Source: Epiperipatus broadwayi (Eukaryota; Animalia; Onychophora). From it: 64,000 bases of DNA. Numbering within the stretch: position 1 is the first letter of the stretch; the number at the start of each line of letters is the position of its first letter. Under the pieces are notes generated by a model, which was not told the DNA's origin, did not search any database, and saw nothing but the letters and a program-made list of their open reading frames with translations. A program made the position numbers and the translations under genes. Location of the stretch: the NCBI GenBank assembly GCA_028023455.1, contig JAQFVV010000001.1, positions 2,976,001-3,040,000 on the forward strand, in the 5' to 3' direction. This document shows positions 38,690-54,299 of this stretch, in pieces.

Positions 38690-39059
38690 CTATCTTTTTT
38701 CACATGTTTGTAGTCATGTGTATCAGTTGTATAAGATGGATTGGATAGCTGTGGGGAGTTTGAAAGTCTGAGTTCAGGTCTCTAATTAGTACAGATAATA
38801 TATATGTATTTAAAAATTATATATACAGATTTATTAATTATGTGCATAAAGCTAAACTACAAGATTATTATAATTCAATGTAAACACATTTGCCATTTCT
38901 ATTAGGAAAGGATTATATTTTATTCACAAATAATATGCTTCAAATGCTTTCAATTATTATATAGTCATATATCAAAGACAGATTGCCATTAGAATTGGCT
39001 CTGCAAGTTGTTTACAAGATAGAATGTAACAAATTTCCTTTGCTATGCTGTTTAATTCA

Positions 39060-39470
39060 GTGAATCACATGCAAATGTTATAACTAGAATTGCCCAGCGC
39101 AGATATCTTTATAACAAAGCAAAAACCAATAAGAAATCCAAGTCTATATTTTTGGAATATGAGATCAAAAATGGTCAGGTCTTTGAGCCATTGGGCATTA
39201 GTATAGTATGTTCTAAGAGAAACAACAGAAAACACAAAGTTAAGAAAGCATGGCACATAACCAATGCCACACAAGCCATTAATAAGAAAGTGGCTTGTAT
39301 CCCTTTGTTGAAGAAGTGGATTATATAAATTAAATCATTTATATTTTTGCAGAGAATATTTAGATACCACCCTGGTATAATAGACATCATTTGCTATAGT
39401 TTTATACTGCTATGAATATAACTATGTAATAGTTGAAAGCATGCTAAGCACATTATTTATGGGATAAAAT
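39060..39470 (+). mobile_element. Penelope-like element 3' remnant (GIY-YIG C-terminus plus pLTR), related to the 26.7 kb element
   Basis: Frame ANVITRIAQRRY...IFLEYEIKNGQVF...CSKRNNRKHKVKKAWHITNATQAINKKVACIPLLKKWII*; downstream sequence homologous to 26700-26900. Confidence 0.75.
39408..39450 (+). ncRNA. Family D hammerhead-like motif with A3:U8 core
   Basis: tgct ATGAATA t aacta tgtaa tagtt GAAA gcatgc TA agca. Stem II has 5 Watson-Crick pairs and stem III is palindromic. Confidence 0.55.
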
Positions 39471-40087
39471 ATAATCTTTTCTTAATAGATGTGGCAAATG
39501 TGTTTACACGGAGTTACAATTGCTAAAAGAAAAGAAATTAAATAAGGCTTTCAATTATAAAGATTATTATAAGTAAATTGCACCCAACTAATGCTAAATA
39601 CTAGAGCCGAATAGTTGGATTATAATAATAAAAAAAAGAAACTCAAAATATAAGCATAGTATAAAACGTACAAATGCTTACCGTGACATCTGTTTTGACA
39701 AAAGCCTTTTCAATTAGTTCTGGAGATTACAAAATCAATCTAAAAATGCAGCTTTTTTACATATCTCCTGTAAAAAAAATTGTTTCTACATCTTTATTAT
39801 GTTTTTGCTTTTATATATTTTGATAAAAGTTTATTTTACTATAAAAACAATGATATATAATTATTTGGCAACTCTCAAAAAGGCAATTTTTTAAAGATGT
39901 ATATAATAAAAATAATCAAAGTATGCAAAATTTGAATTATACATACAATTTAATTTTTTATCTACAATGTACTTTTCATTTTTGTCAAAAACAAATGTAT
40001 AATCAATTTTATAATATGCAGTAGAATCAATAAGAGTTTATATTTTCTAGTTAAGAATTTCTAAATGTAGACAAAGTAACTTTCAAA

Positions 40088-40485
40088 TAACTTTTACTGT
40101 TAAACCACTAAACATCACATGATCATCATCTCTATACTAGCACATAATTGTTGTAAACAAAGGCAAAACTCTCCTTACAGTAATGCCACCCTGTTCCAAA
40201 CAGAGTAATCAATGGATGCCAGAAGGCTTGTGCATAAAATCCCTATCTAGTGCCTACTCATCCAATATCCCCAGACTAGTTTCTGGCTTGTGGCCATCAT
40301 CAATGAGGAGCCTTGGATCTGAGTGCACTGCACCTAGAAGCCAGAAACTAGTCTGGGGATATTGGATGAGTAGGCACTAGATAGGGATTTTATGCACAAG
40401 CCTTCTGGCATCCATTAATTACTCTGTTTGGCACAGGGTGACACTACTGTATGGAGAGTTTTGCCTTTGTTAACTTTTACTGTTA
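40088..40485. mobile_element. 368-bp fold-back insertion (134-bp inverted arms, 48-bp spacer) with a 15-bp target-site duplication
   Basis: Arms at 40156-40289 and 40338-40471 with 5 mismatches. taacttttactgtta at 40088-40102 and 40471-40485. Confidence 0.9.
40260..40318 (-). ncRNA. Type I hammerhead ribozyme, family C copy 1 (U3 variant; predicted cleavage after GUC at 40274)
   Basis: atccaa ggc tcctca TTGATGA tggc cacaa gcca GAAA cta GTC tgggga ta ttggat. Stem III is the palindrome ACTAGT. Confidence 0.8.
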
Positions 40486-40819
40486 TTATTGAACATCTAA
40501 AAATAACTAAGGCCTTTTTTTCCCTTAATTGGTGTAGTCATTTTTTTTTTTAATTTAAATTTTAAAACTAGTATAAAATGTACTTCTACATATAAGAAAT
40601 TTATAAAGGATTAATATATGCAAAAAAAAATGGCATCGTTCTAATTAACCTGTAGATGTACACAAGTATAGTACATAAAAGAAAGCAGTATTATTTTATA
40701 ATACTTCTTTCATGATCTCCTCTCATTATTTAATCTTGCACCTATATAAGAAAAACAATCAGTATTTCTCTTTCCCTTCTTTCTATATAAATATAATAAA
40801 ATTAAAATGTCTAAATTTG

Positions 40820-43900
<3,081 letters not shown>

Positions 43901-44725
43901 TGCTTTTAGGAAAACTCAATTTGATTACAATTAAGAGCTGTCAGGTAACTGAGAAGAAAGATGATGGTGTTTCTTGATCTTAAACTCAGAGATAAAAAGT
44001 CATTAAATTCAGTACACTGGCTAATGCATATTGATGAGTAGCCATCCATGTTTATATACTATATGAAAAATCATGTAGTAATAGCAGCTGCAATGACAAG
44101 ACCATATGAAGTAGATATTAGGAATTTGCCCTGTTTGGTTCCTTTAATGCCTCCAAGAGTAATCATAGAGTTGCCTTTCATTTAACATCAAATTCCTTTC
44201 TGCAGTCATGACCAGGTACTTACAATATATGTATAAATAATGGGCTGTCCAATATAAAAAAATATTTTAGAGAATAATCATTATTTTTGATTAGATAAAC
44301 TTAATTTAATTAAAATTTAATATATAGAAAACATGACAAATATTGGTTAATACAAAATAAATTATTTTTTTTGTTAGTATTAATAAATAAAAATATATCA
44401 TTTGATTTCATAGATTAAATTGATATGTAATTTTTACAGACATTTATAAAAAGTAATAATAATAATAACAATAATAATTAATTTTGCAAGCAAAATGTAT
44501 ATCATAGTAGTGGTTAGCAAATATGTATATGCATATGTAAGTTTGGCCACAAATTATTTCAAAAAAGAAGAATATTCAAATCCGTTATTTATTTTAATTT
44601 ATAACATTGCAATGGTAAGATATGTGGCACCTAGATTATTGCAGATCAATGTTTTTTTCCAAGATATTTGTGTTTCAAAGCATACTTTATTGATTAAAAA
44701 CCAATGATTACATCGGTAAGATTGG

Positions 44726-44760
<35 letters not shown>

Positions 44761-47700
44761 AAACTAATATATTTAAGTAGTAAACCTTTTTATATATAAA
44801 AAAAAATAAAATGTTCATTATGTAATAGATATTATAATAAAAAATATTAAATAATATAATGATAATAATAGAATATAAAAAGTATTATAATCCACAGAAG
44901 TACTTAAAAGTTAATCACTTAAACTTCTTCAATTGTAATTTTAATTCAAATATAGTGGAAATAAGCATCAACTTGAATTTTAACATTAGCAGATTGCCAA
45001 TTAATTCTAGACATTCTATTTCTATTTATGCATTCTTATTTATTTTTTTTACTATGGGTTCTCTCCTCATGAAGAATTTTAACATTTTCAAGATCAAAAT
45101 TAAAGGTAAACTTGCATGTTTTTTCATGATTAAAAAAAACAGAAGCTGTTCCTAAATTATTATTATTACTTTTATTTTTTTATAAGCATATATAATAATT
45201 GATGCACTCTTTAAATCTTTTCTCCAGACTACATCTTGATTTAACTATGTTTAAAGTCATGCATCTACTAAAAATTTGAGAAACCTTATTATTTTTTTGT
45301 TTGAAAGACAAGACATTTTTAGAATCATTCACCAATCTATTAACATTATGTTGAACCTAAAATGAAATATTAAATAATCTCTTTATATATACATTTAATT
45401 TTTTCTTTTATTGAATTCAAATGACCGTTGAAGAAAATTAAGTGATTGACTGAAAATACTCTGTGGATTATAGTACTTTTTATTATATATATATAGTTTC
45501 TACAAAAAATTATATTCTCTTCAGTTTTTATTTGTAAATTGTGAACTTCATAGGATTTTGATAGATATGTCAAATTTAATTTATACTTTTAATATTGATC
45601 CTCATGATGGTTTTGTATATTAGATATCCTATTGCTCAATTTGTTAGTATTGATTGATTAAGAAGATCAATATTCAAGATTTTATGATAAGTAATGGATC
45701 ACAGGCAATTCAATTCTTTTTCAAGCTTGTGATTTAGTAAGCAGGGTTGGTTACTTTTCTAGACATTTTAAGGTTTAGCTGAATGTTCTTCCTTCAACTC
45801 AATTTTCAATTATGTGATTAAAAAGAAAATAGCATTTCAAAAGAATGTCATTAACCAAACATTTGATTAATATTAATCACAAATTTGAACTATAGCATAG
45901 TTGAAATATTGAAAAATTATAATTGTATTTACAATTTGATAAATCATAATTCTAAGGGTAATTTTTTCTTCAACTTAACTAATACTATTATGTAGACTCT
46001 CTTTTTTTCAAGTTTTTATTGCAGCTTTCTTCAAATTCATCTCTAATATTTTGATGATTTGAATAACTAAAATCATTTGAATAATAATAACTCAGCCATC
46101 ACTGCTATTTATATTATGTAGTTACTTATGCCTTCAATGCTATTAATTGTTTGCTTTTTAATTAACTTTCTTAAATACGTAATTGGCTTTTTAAATTAAC
46201 TTTTATACAACTTTATAATGGAACATCAATATAATTTCATTTTATTTTTATGAAATAAATTTCAGAAATTATTTTTAAGACAATTTTAATTTGCATTCCA
46301 CATCAATAAAACTTTTATATTACAAATGCATGTACAACATCATCATATAAATTTACTTTTCCACTTTTCTGACATCATACAATTTAAAATTGACCTTAAT
46401 GGCCAGAATGATTTATCTTCCTATTTCTTTCTTCCATCTTAAATAAGAATAATATATTATTAAACTCTTTCTTTATATAATTATTTAAATCTGTTTTTAA
46501 ATAATTATTTAAAAGAGAGTTATAAAAGAAATATTATTCTTTTATATATTCACCAAATACTAAATATATCAATATCACACATACTTATTTTTGTGATTTA
46601 AATTTTAAACATTATCTTAAATTTAATAACACATTGTAATTTAAAAGCTTTTACAATAATTTTAACTCGTTTTTGGTCAATATTTTTTATATTATTACAT
46701 TACATATCTAAACACTAGTTTGATTTATTATGCTACTGAAATTCAGTATTTATTTTTGTCTTAATTTTATTTATTTTTGGACTTCACAAAATATTATAAA
46801 TTTTACAAATGGACTCAAGTAGGAGAAATTTTTTTTTTTTATATCTTGATTTTTTTTTTTTATTGCTTTTGTTTCACTTGAGACAATGAAAAAATTCCTG
46901 TAATGATTGAGCAACATCTGACATAGCAGCAAATTTATAATGCAACAAGATTTAAATAACACTAAGATTTGTATCTTATTAGAAAAAAAATGTATCAATT
47001 GTAAATTTTAGTTTGTGTATAGCATTTATTATTACTACTTAAATAAAAATAGTGATAGTTTGGTGTTAATAATTATTCATAGTTATGAGAGAATGGTTTA
47101 GTTTTCCACGATGTTTCTTTAATGAAGTATATTCAGAATTATCCATATTTTCAGAAATCTAGAAAAAGCAAATGGACTACAAATCCTTGTTACATTATTT
47201 CATATTTAATTTCTTTTAGTTTTATGGAAATGCCAAATATGATGCTAATAGATTTTGGATTGTGACCATTTTTCTGAATGTTTACAAATTTTTTAATATA
47301 GAAAGAAGAAAAGTGAATGGATATTTTTTTTTTAATTCAAGATTATTAAAATAAATTTATTGAGAGAATGCAGTGCATATAGTGTTAAATATTGTATTTT
47401 TACATTATATTAAAATGTTTGTTTTGATGCAAAACTACTTTTAACAATTTAAAAACATATGCTTGTCTTATCATTTTTATTACATTTAAATATTAGTTTG
47501 TAAAAAAAAATGCATTAAATAATTGTGTTTTTAATTCAATTTTTATATATACATACATACATTCATATATGGTAACTGTGAGTAAATTGGTTCATTCCAA
47601 TTAAATATTTTAGTTTTTTATCTTTATAAATGTCATAATTAAAAAATATATAAAAAAATATGAAAAAAAATATAAATGTCATAATTAAAATAATTTCTTG

Positions 47701-48299
47701 AAAACCAATTATTAATAATTAATATTTATTTGTTAAAAAAAACCCTAAACATATATAAGAAAGATTATATCAAAGACTGTGTTGGATAAGTAAAATGTTT
47801 TTATTTTCAAGATGCAAATATTTGATATAGAATGAATAAATTTAAACTAATTAATTTTTACAATAATTAAATTCTCTATTTTAATTTTATGCTAATTAAT
47901 CTATTTCTTAGTGTTATTGGTTTGTTTTAATGATACATTAGTTTATGGATCATTTAATGTTTTATATTTTTTATTATGTATTAGGAAATTATTGGGAAAA
48001 TTGTATCTTAACAAATACATAAAAAATGTTTATTTTTAAAAAAAAAACCATAAATTCATACATGAGAAGATGTTCATTTTATTTATTATTTATAATTTTA
48101 AAAATATTTATTAAACTGCATAAATTAATCATAGCAAAAGTGCAGTTGAATAACATTTTAAATAAATAAAGTGATAAATTAATTGATAAAAATAACCTGA
48201 TATTAAAAAGGAACATGTTTGTATGATTGTAAAGGAAATTTTTAATAAATATATTTTAACAGTTTTTGCTTATGATCTGTGACACATAATAAAAGATCA

Positions 48300-48610
48300 G
48301 TATCAAGATTGCAGATCATATAGCAATAGTTAGAGAGATATATGTTGGAATTTACAAGGATATAAGAAGGGCTGAAAAAACAAACAGGTATCACTAACGT
48401 AACTGTAAATTTGAACGTTGAAATAAATCTAGACCAAACATGATACTAAAAGATAAGACAATAGATGATCAAGTGGAATCTTAAACAGGATTCTAAAAAA
48501 TTGTAAGAGCAACCTAGAAAGAGACTATATATGTGATGGATGAATGGGATAAAGAAGTTTGCTGAGTTATTCTGAAGAAGAGAAACTATGGATTGGAAAA
48601 ACTGAATTAA
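48300..48610 (+). mobile_element. RTE 3'-end fragment
   Basis: Broken frame ...MIKWNLKQDSKKL*EQPRKR..*WMNGIKKF...RRETMDWK resembles the RTE C-terminal W.P...KR..GRP..RW.D.I motif. Confidence 0.45.
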
Positions 48611-50274
48611 ACTCAATTATATCATTTTACAATTGATTCATGTCATAATAGATTAAAATAATGGTGACAAAAATTAGAGTAATATATTTACTTTAAAATT
48701 TTAGCAATGGAGTCAGCTGTACTTGCAATAACAGTAAGTGTTAATAAAAGTTATTCAGAATTTTACCCCACTTGCATTATTTAAATCATAGTTGCTCATT
48801 ACCACATTTGGTATAACTGCATCGTGTTTACATCTGAATGTTTCAAGTATAAAGTTAATTAGTTTAGATGTCAAACTTAATAGTTACGATTGACATCTTC
48901 AAAAGCAAAAGGTTAGAAAGAAATTTTATTATTGAATGTTAAAATAGATTCTGCCCACTAAGCCCTTGTAATAAATCAGTGTAATCTTTATGACAACTGT
49001 GAAAGTATATATGTATAGTTTTGTAACTAAAAATATATAAAACGATCAAGTCTAACAATAACGCTAATCTTCTTTAATGCTATTTTTTTATTATTACTTA
49101 CCACCTTTTTAACAACAATTAATTAGTTATTTAGAGCTATGTAAATTTTATAATTTAAAATTTACTTCCTGTGTAACATTATCAGTACTTACATTATTAG
49201 TTTCCCATCTTTTTTTAAATTCACATACGGCATATGTATGTGGCTGTATGTAGACACATGTTAACGGTTTTTTTTATTTTTTATTAAAAGCATGTCTCAA
49301 CTATTACATTTTTTCATAAAAAAAAAACTAAGCTGTCACTGAAAGTATGTTAACAAGTTTGCCTACGACTTTCTTAACCTTGAATCAAAATAAATAATCT
49401 AGTTTTTCTAACAGTTGATGATAGCGATCTTTATGATATAGTGAGGAGCATCTGGTCCGTTTATCACAAGGTGGCAAGCTGACAACAATTCTTCAGTCTC
49501 AATTTACAATCTCAGGCTTTTCATCCTAAAGAATAGACACTTTTCATATGGCTTTCATTAAATAAAGGACAATAGTTTGATGACACTAATAGCTTTATTT
49601 AAGTCTTATACATTGCGATAATTGAAAATATAAAGAAAAATCTTTGAATTTGCTGTGATAATTTAATATTTTTTTAAAATCGAAATAGAATAAACATTAT
49701 TTGCAACATATTGAATAAAAAATGAAAAATTATTTAATGTTTTGACTTTAAATTTGTCTTATTTGTTATAAAGTCGATTTTTATATTTTCTTATTTTTCT
49801 AAAAACAACAAGTCTGTAATAGTAAGGAATGAATTAATCATTTATTATCAACTGCTATCTCTATTATACAAACAATTTTGTTCATCCAGTCTTCACAATA
49901 GAAAGACCAAACAGAAGAAAAACTTAATGCATATTATACTTGTTCTTCTGAAGCACATCAAGGTATTCCTAAACAATATATTATTATAAGCAAGTGGTAA
50001 TAATCAATCGACATTCGTGAAAATCACTCCTGCTTTTCTCTATAAAACGTCTTTCATTAAAAATAATTTAGCTACAATATTAAATAGTTTGCAAGCAGTG
50101 ATAAATTATAGCAATGATGATTATTATATTGCAAAGCCCTAAACACGTTGTAGTGATAGTTGCAACCCACAAAAGGTTTTATCAATGTGAGTGGAATGTT
50201 TTTGATAACTTTAGCATCCGATCCTTTTTATATATATATATATATTATAGAATGCTTTGAATTGTATTTAATGA

Positions 50275-51930
50275 TATTATAATAATCATCACTTAACCAC
50301 TATTGATTCACGGCAAGATGATCCACTAACTTTAATTTAGTTTTCTTTATCCATAGCTTTTCCAATTCCAGAAAAGTTCTTATTTTATTCATCTATCTCA
50401 AATATTAATCTTTTTCTACATCTTTTACAATCTTTTGGAACCCAGTTTAAGATTTCAATTATCTCTTTGTTTTTTTTTTTACTCATATATTTCATTTTTG
50501 CTCTTTTTTTTTTACTCCCAACATACATCTTTTCATGTGTTGCTATGTGGTCTAAAGTCTTTATATTGTTTTTTTTATTAAACACCCAAGTTCCAGATCT
50601 CTACATAAACATTTATTAAAAACCTTCATTTTCAAAATCATAGATATATTTTCTTTTAATACTAAACTATTTTTATTAAAATAATTCAATTTAAGTTTAA
50701 TACTATAATTATTTTCATTCATTATATATATTCTATATATTAATAATAAGACCAAGCTATTTGTAATTGATAACTTCTTATTGTTCAACACTATCATTTT
50801 TCTCCTGTCCTGTGTGGATTTAGGATAATGCTAGTGTCAGACTCTTGAGTTTAAGGTCCTCATATCAATTTCAGTGCTGGCATTGTAACTTTTTATGAAT
50901 TCTCAAACAATATAATCATTGGATTATTTATTTATTTTGAAAAGTCATTAAGTATTTGCTTTAATCATACTTTTTTGCTTTATTTGATAGCTTTTATAGC
51001 ATTTTCTAAAGCATTGAAAGTATTATTGTAAAACAGCCATATCATCTTTAAAATCTCGATAAGTAATCATAACTTTGTTTTAATTTACAAAATACTTATC
51101 ATAAAACTGATGTAAACACTTTTACAGAAGTGTTAATCCTTTTAATATCACTATGCAATCAAATCACTAGTATTGTATTTTTATAAATATTTTTCACAAT
51201 TTGATAATTTGTTTTTAAGTCTTGATTATCTATACTTTTAATCACATTAGAAATAATTAGAGTCAAATGTATTTTTATAATCTACAAATCCAATGCAAAA
51301 CAGCAAATCATATAAACATTTTTATATGATTTATTTGACTAATACATATCAACACTACTGCGTTATAGTCAATTTTGAATTCAGCTTGTTTTTAAGGTTG
51401 GTTTCAGATCCAAGTTGTCAGTAGATAAGATTTATGTTTTACTTTTATTAAATATCACTATCACTACTACATCTTTTCAATCATGATGTATCTTTATAAT
51501 TTGGACATTTATTATATAACTTTATCAACATTTATTTTTTCACTTGCCTGTTTTAAAATGTCTTTAATAATTTCATCATTTCCTGAAGTTTTCCATTTTT
51601 CATGAATTAAATTATGTGTTTTACTTCTTCATTTAAAATACATGGTATTTTTAAACTGGTATCATAACTGTAAGGACTACCAGGTTTCCTTATTTATTAT
51701 CATTATTTTAATTCTTAATAAAACTCTTCCAGAAATTTTATACTACTGTTCCTTGCTTTAATAATAGTGTCATCATATTTTTCTTGTAACCTAAATAACT
51801 TTTCTTTTAATGCTAAGATATAATTTTCAATTATATTTTCTTTTATCATCATTAACTCTTTTCCATAACAATTTACAGAATTTTGGATATTCTGTAAGCC
51901 GCTCACTTTTAAATATTTTCTTATTTCTTT
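50275..51930 (-). mobile_element. Decayed RTE-clade LINE
   Basis: ILKMKVFNKCL (50561-50797), ILNWVPKDCKRCRKR (50385-50585), and FVDYKNTF-like RT remnants near 51270-51300. Confidence 0.7.
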
Positions 51931-52016
51931 TCTCATTTCATGCCTATTGTTTTTATTGAGTTGAAAATTTATTGGTGAATTGCAATTTTTTTTTGTACTG
52001 GATGGCTACATCTAAT

Positions 52017-52073
52017 GTCCTAGCTCCTCACTGATGAGAGCCATAAGCTTGAAACTGGTCTGGGGATGGGGAC
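52017..52073 (+). ncRNA. Type I hammerhead ribozyme, family C copy 2 (canonical core; predicted cleavage after GUC at 52060)
   Basis: gtcct agc tcctca CTGATGA gagc cataa gctt GAAA ctg GTC tgggga tg gggac. Confidence 0.85.
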
Positions 52074-54299
52074 TATCATAGATAAAGGCTTCAGGTATTT
52101 TCTCTTGTAGCATTTATTATAAAAAAAAAAATAAATAAGCTTGTTTAGAGTTATTAGCAGGCTCTTTATATGTTACATATTGATAATACAAGCTATATAG
52201 GTCATGTGACATATGACTGATATTTTACTAATAGAGGACTTTAATAGAATATCATTTAAGTTCTTATAAATTAATTCAATGTTAAACCATAAACAAAGTT
52301 TTTTTAAATTTTTAAATGATTTTCAAATTTTGATTTAAATTTAGTGGATATTTTAGACAGTTAAGAATATTATTGTTGATATTATCTTTTTTAATAGTTT
52401 TTCTTTCTCTGGATTTGGGTTATTGTACATCTTACATTCCACTAATTAATGATTATTTTCTATGTAGAATCTATAAAGTATCTTACTATCTGTCTATTTG
52501 CCAAAATATAATTCATTTCTGCCATGTTTTTGTTAGATGCTTCTATGTTAATTTCTGCTTTGATTTTTTCTCAGCTACAACAACAAAAAAGAATGCATCA
52601 TAAACAATTTTTATTTTTGTGTGAATTCTTCAAATCCATATCCCAAATTCATTTCTGTTTTTATAACAAAATTTATCCACAGCACTTTCATCTTTCATTG
52701 TTTTCCAGCGCAACATTAAAATATTTAATGCTAATTTTAAAATCTTTGATCTATGTAAAAATCCTTTATATCTTAATTTGTAACAATTCAACTTGATGGA
52801 TACTATATGTTGCCATTGTATCTGAAATACTATCAACTTCCACAAAATTATTTTTCTAATTTTTATTTATAATGAATCTCATTTCATTTATGCATACAAA
52901 TAAAAATAGCAGATATTCAAGTTACAATGAAATATTTAGTTGTATCATTTTTTAAAAATAAATATTTCTATGTTGCTTCTTTAATTAAATCTAATTATTT
53001 AAAATATTACATAATTTATCTTCCTAATTGTTATTTTCTTAATTTTTGTTAAGTGTGTTTATATCTAAAGGTAACTAGAGAACATAGAATTTGTCTATTA
53101 CATCTAAATAAAGATGTATCTATTTTCAACACTTTCCTCTATCTTTTTTTTCTATATATGTATAAGATTATCTATCTTTTTATTATTGAATCTCTGCATG
53201 ACGAAAATCTACCATTTGGACGTAAATCAGTATTTCTCCAACAGATTAAATAAAAGTTGAAAAAATAGTTTTATAAATAGATTGTCATTTTTTTATGGAT
53301 AACATGACTATGCATCATTTTATACTAAATAATCATAAGCTTAGCCCTATATATGAAAATGTTCAGTTAGAATGCTTAGTATGTATAGGTCTCAGATTAA
53401 CCAAAACTAATTTGAGACTGTTAGCTTCCATGTCATCTTTATTATTTTAACGGCAGTCATTAATGTTAATCTATGCAGCAAAGAATTATTTCTCGATACG
53501 TTAAAATATTCAGTATTTCTTCGCTTCTTGAGAATTTTTTTTTTCATAAATTGTTTTACATTAAAATATTGTTATATTCTGCAACAATTTATAAAATAAA
53601 TATGTATATAAAAAATGTTTTTTTGTAAACATGCGTTTGTAGAAATGAGATTTCTATTATGTAACTAACATGAATGTAATTGTGCAGAATCTGTTTATAT
53701 TGTGAGAGAGAGAGAAAGAGAAAAATATATATAATAGTACTTTCATTATAGTACTTTCATTATTATGAAAGTTCAATTCAAGTAAAATAAAATGTTTGAA
53801 TTTTTGTTGAACGTGTTTTTATTTACTATTCGTAATTTTTTTTATGTATCAAATTTTGAAAGAAACGTAAAATGAAAGCTAATGGTAAATAATGAGCGGA
53901 GATTGTTTCGGTTCCGTAGGACTGAATGATAGAAGATACTTAGTAATCTTATTGAATTGTTAAATGCAGCAGCTGCTTTCTATAATAAGATTGCTAAAAC
54001 AAAAGAAAATTGTTTTACAAAAAAAAAAGTGTTAATATCAATAAAATAACTTATTATTTATTTTAATTAATAAGTATGTGTACACATTCTTGTCACTGAA
54101 TTTTTAGTTTATAAGTAATAAAATAATGTATGCCTAAATAGTGATATGACCTATATATATTATAAGTATGAACCTAATATTGATTCAGGTTGGTGTTGAG
54201 ATCTTAGCTAATGATTGCTTAAGTATCTTGCCCGACATGGGTATATACCGGACTACTGAAGTCAAAAACCTATGAAATCCTAATGTAGTGCATTGAATG

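Noticed and set aside
44048-44185. 45-aa ORF with VVIAAAMTRPYEVD...IIELP, loosely like an AAA+ second region of homology
   Set aside because: Key residues are missing, the ORF is short and closed by stops, and there is no splice support.
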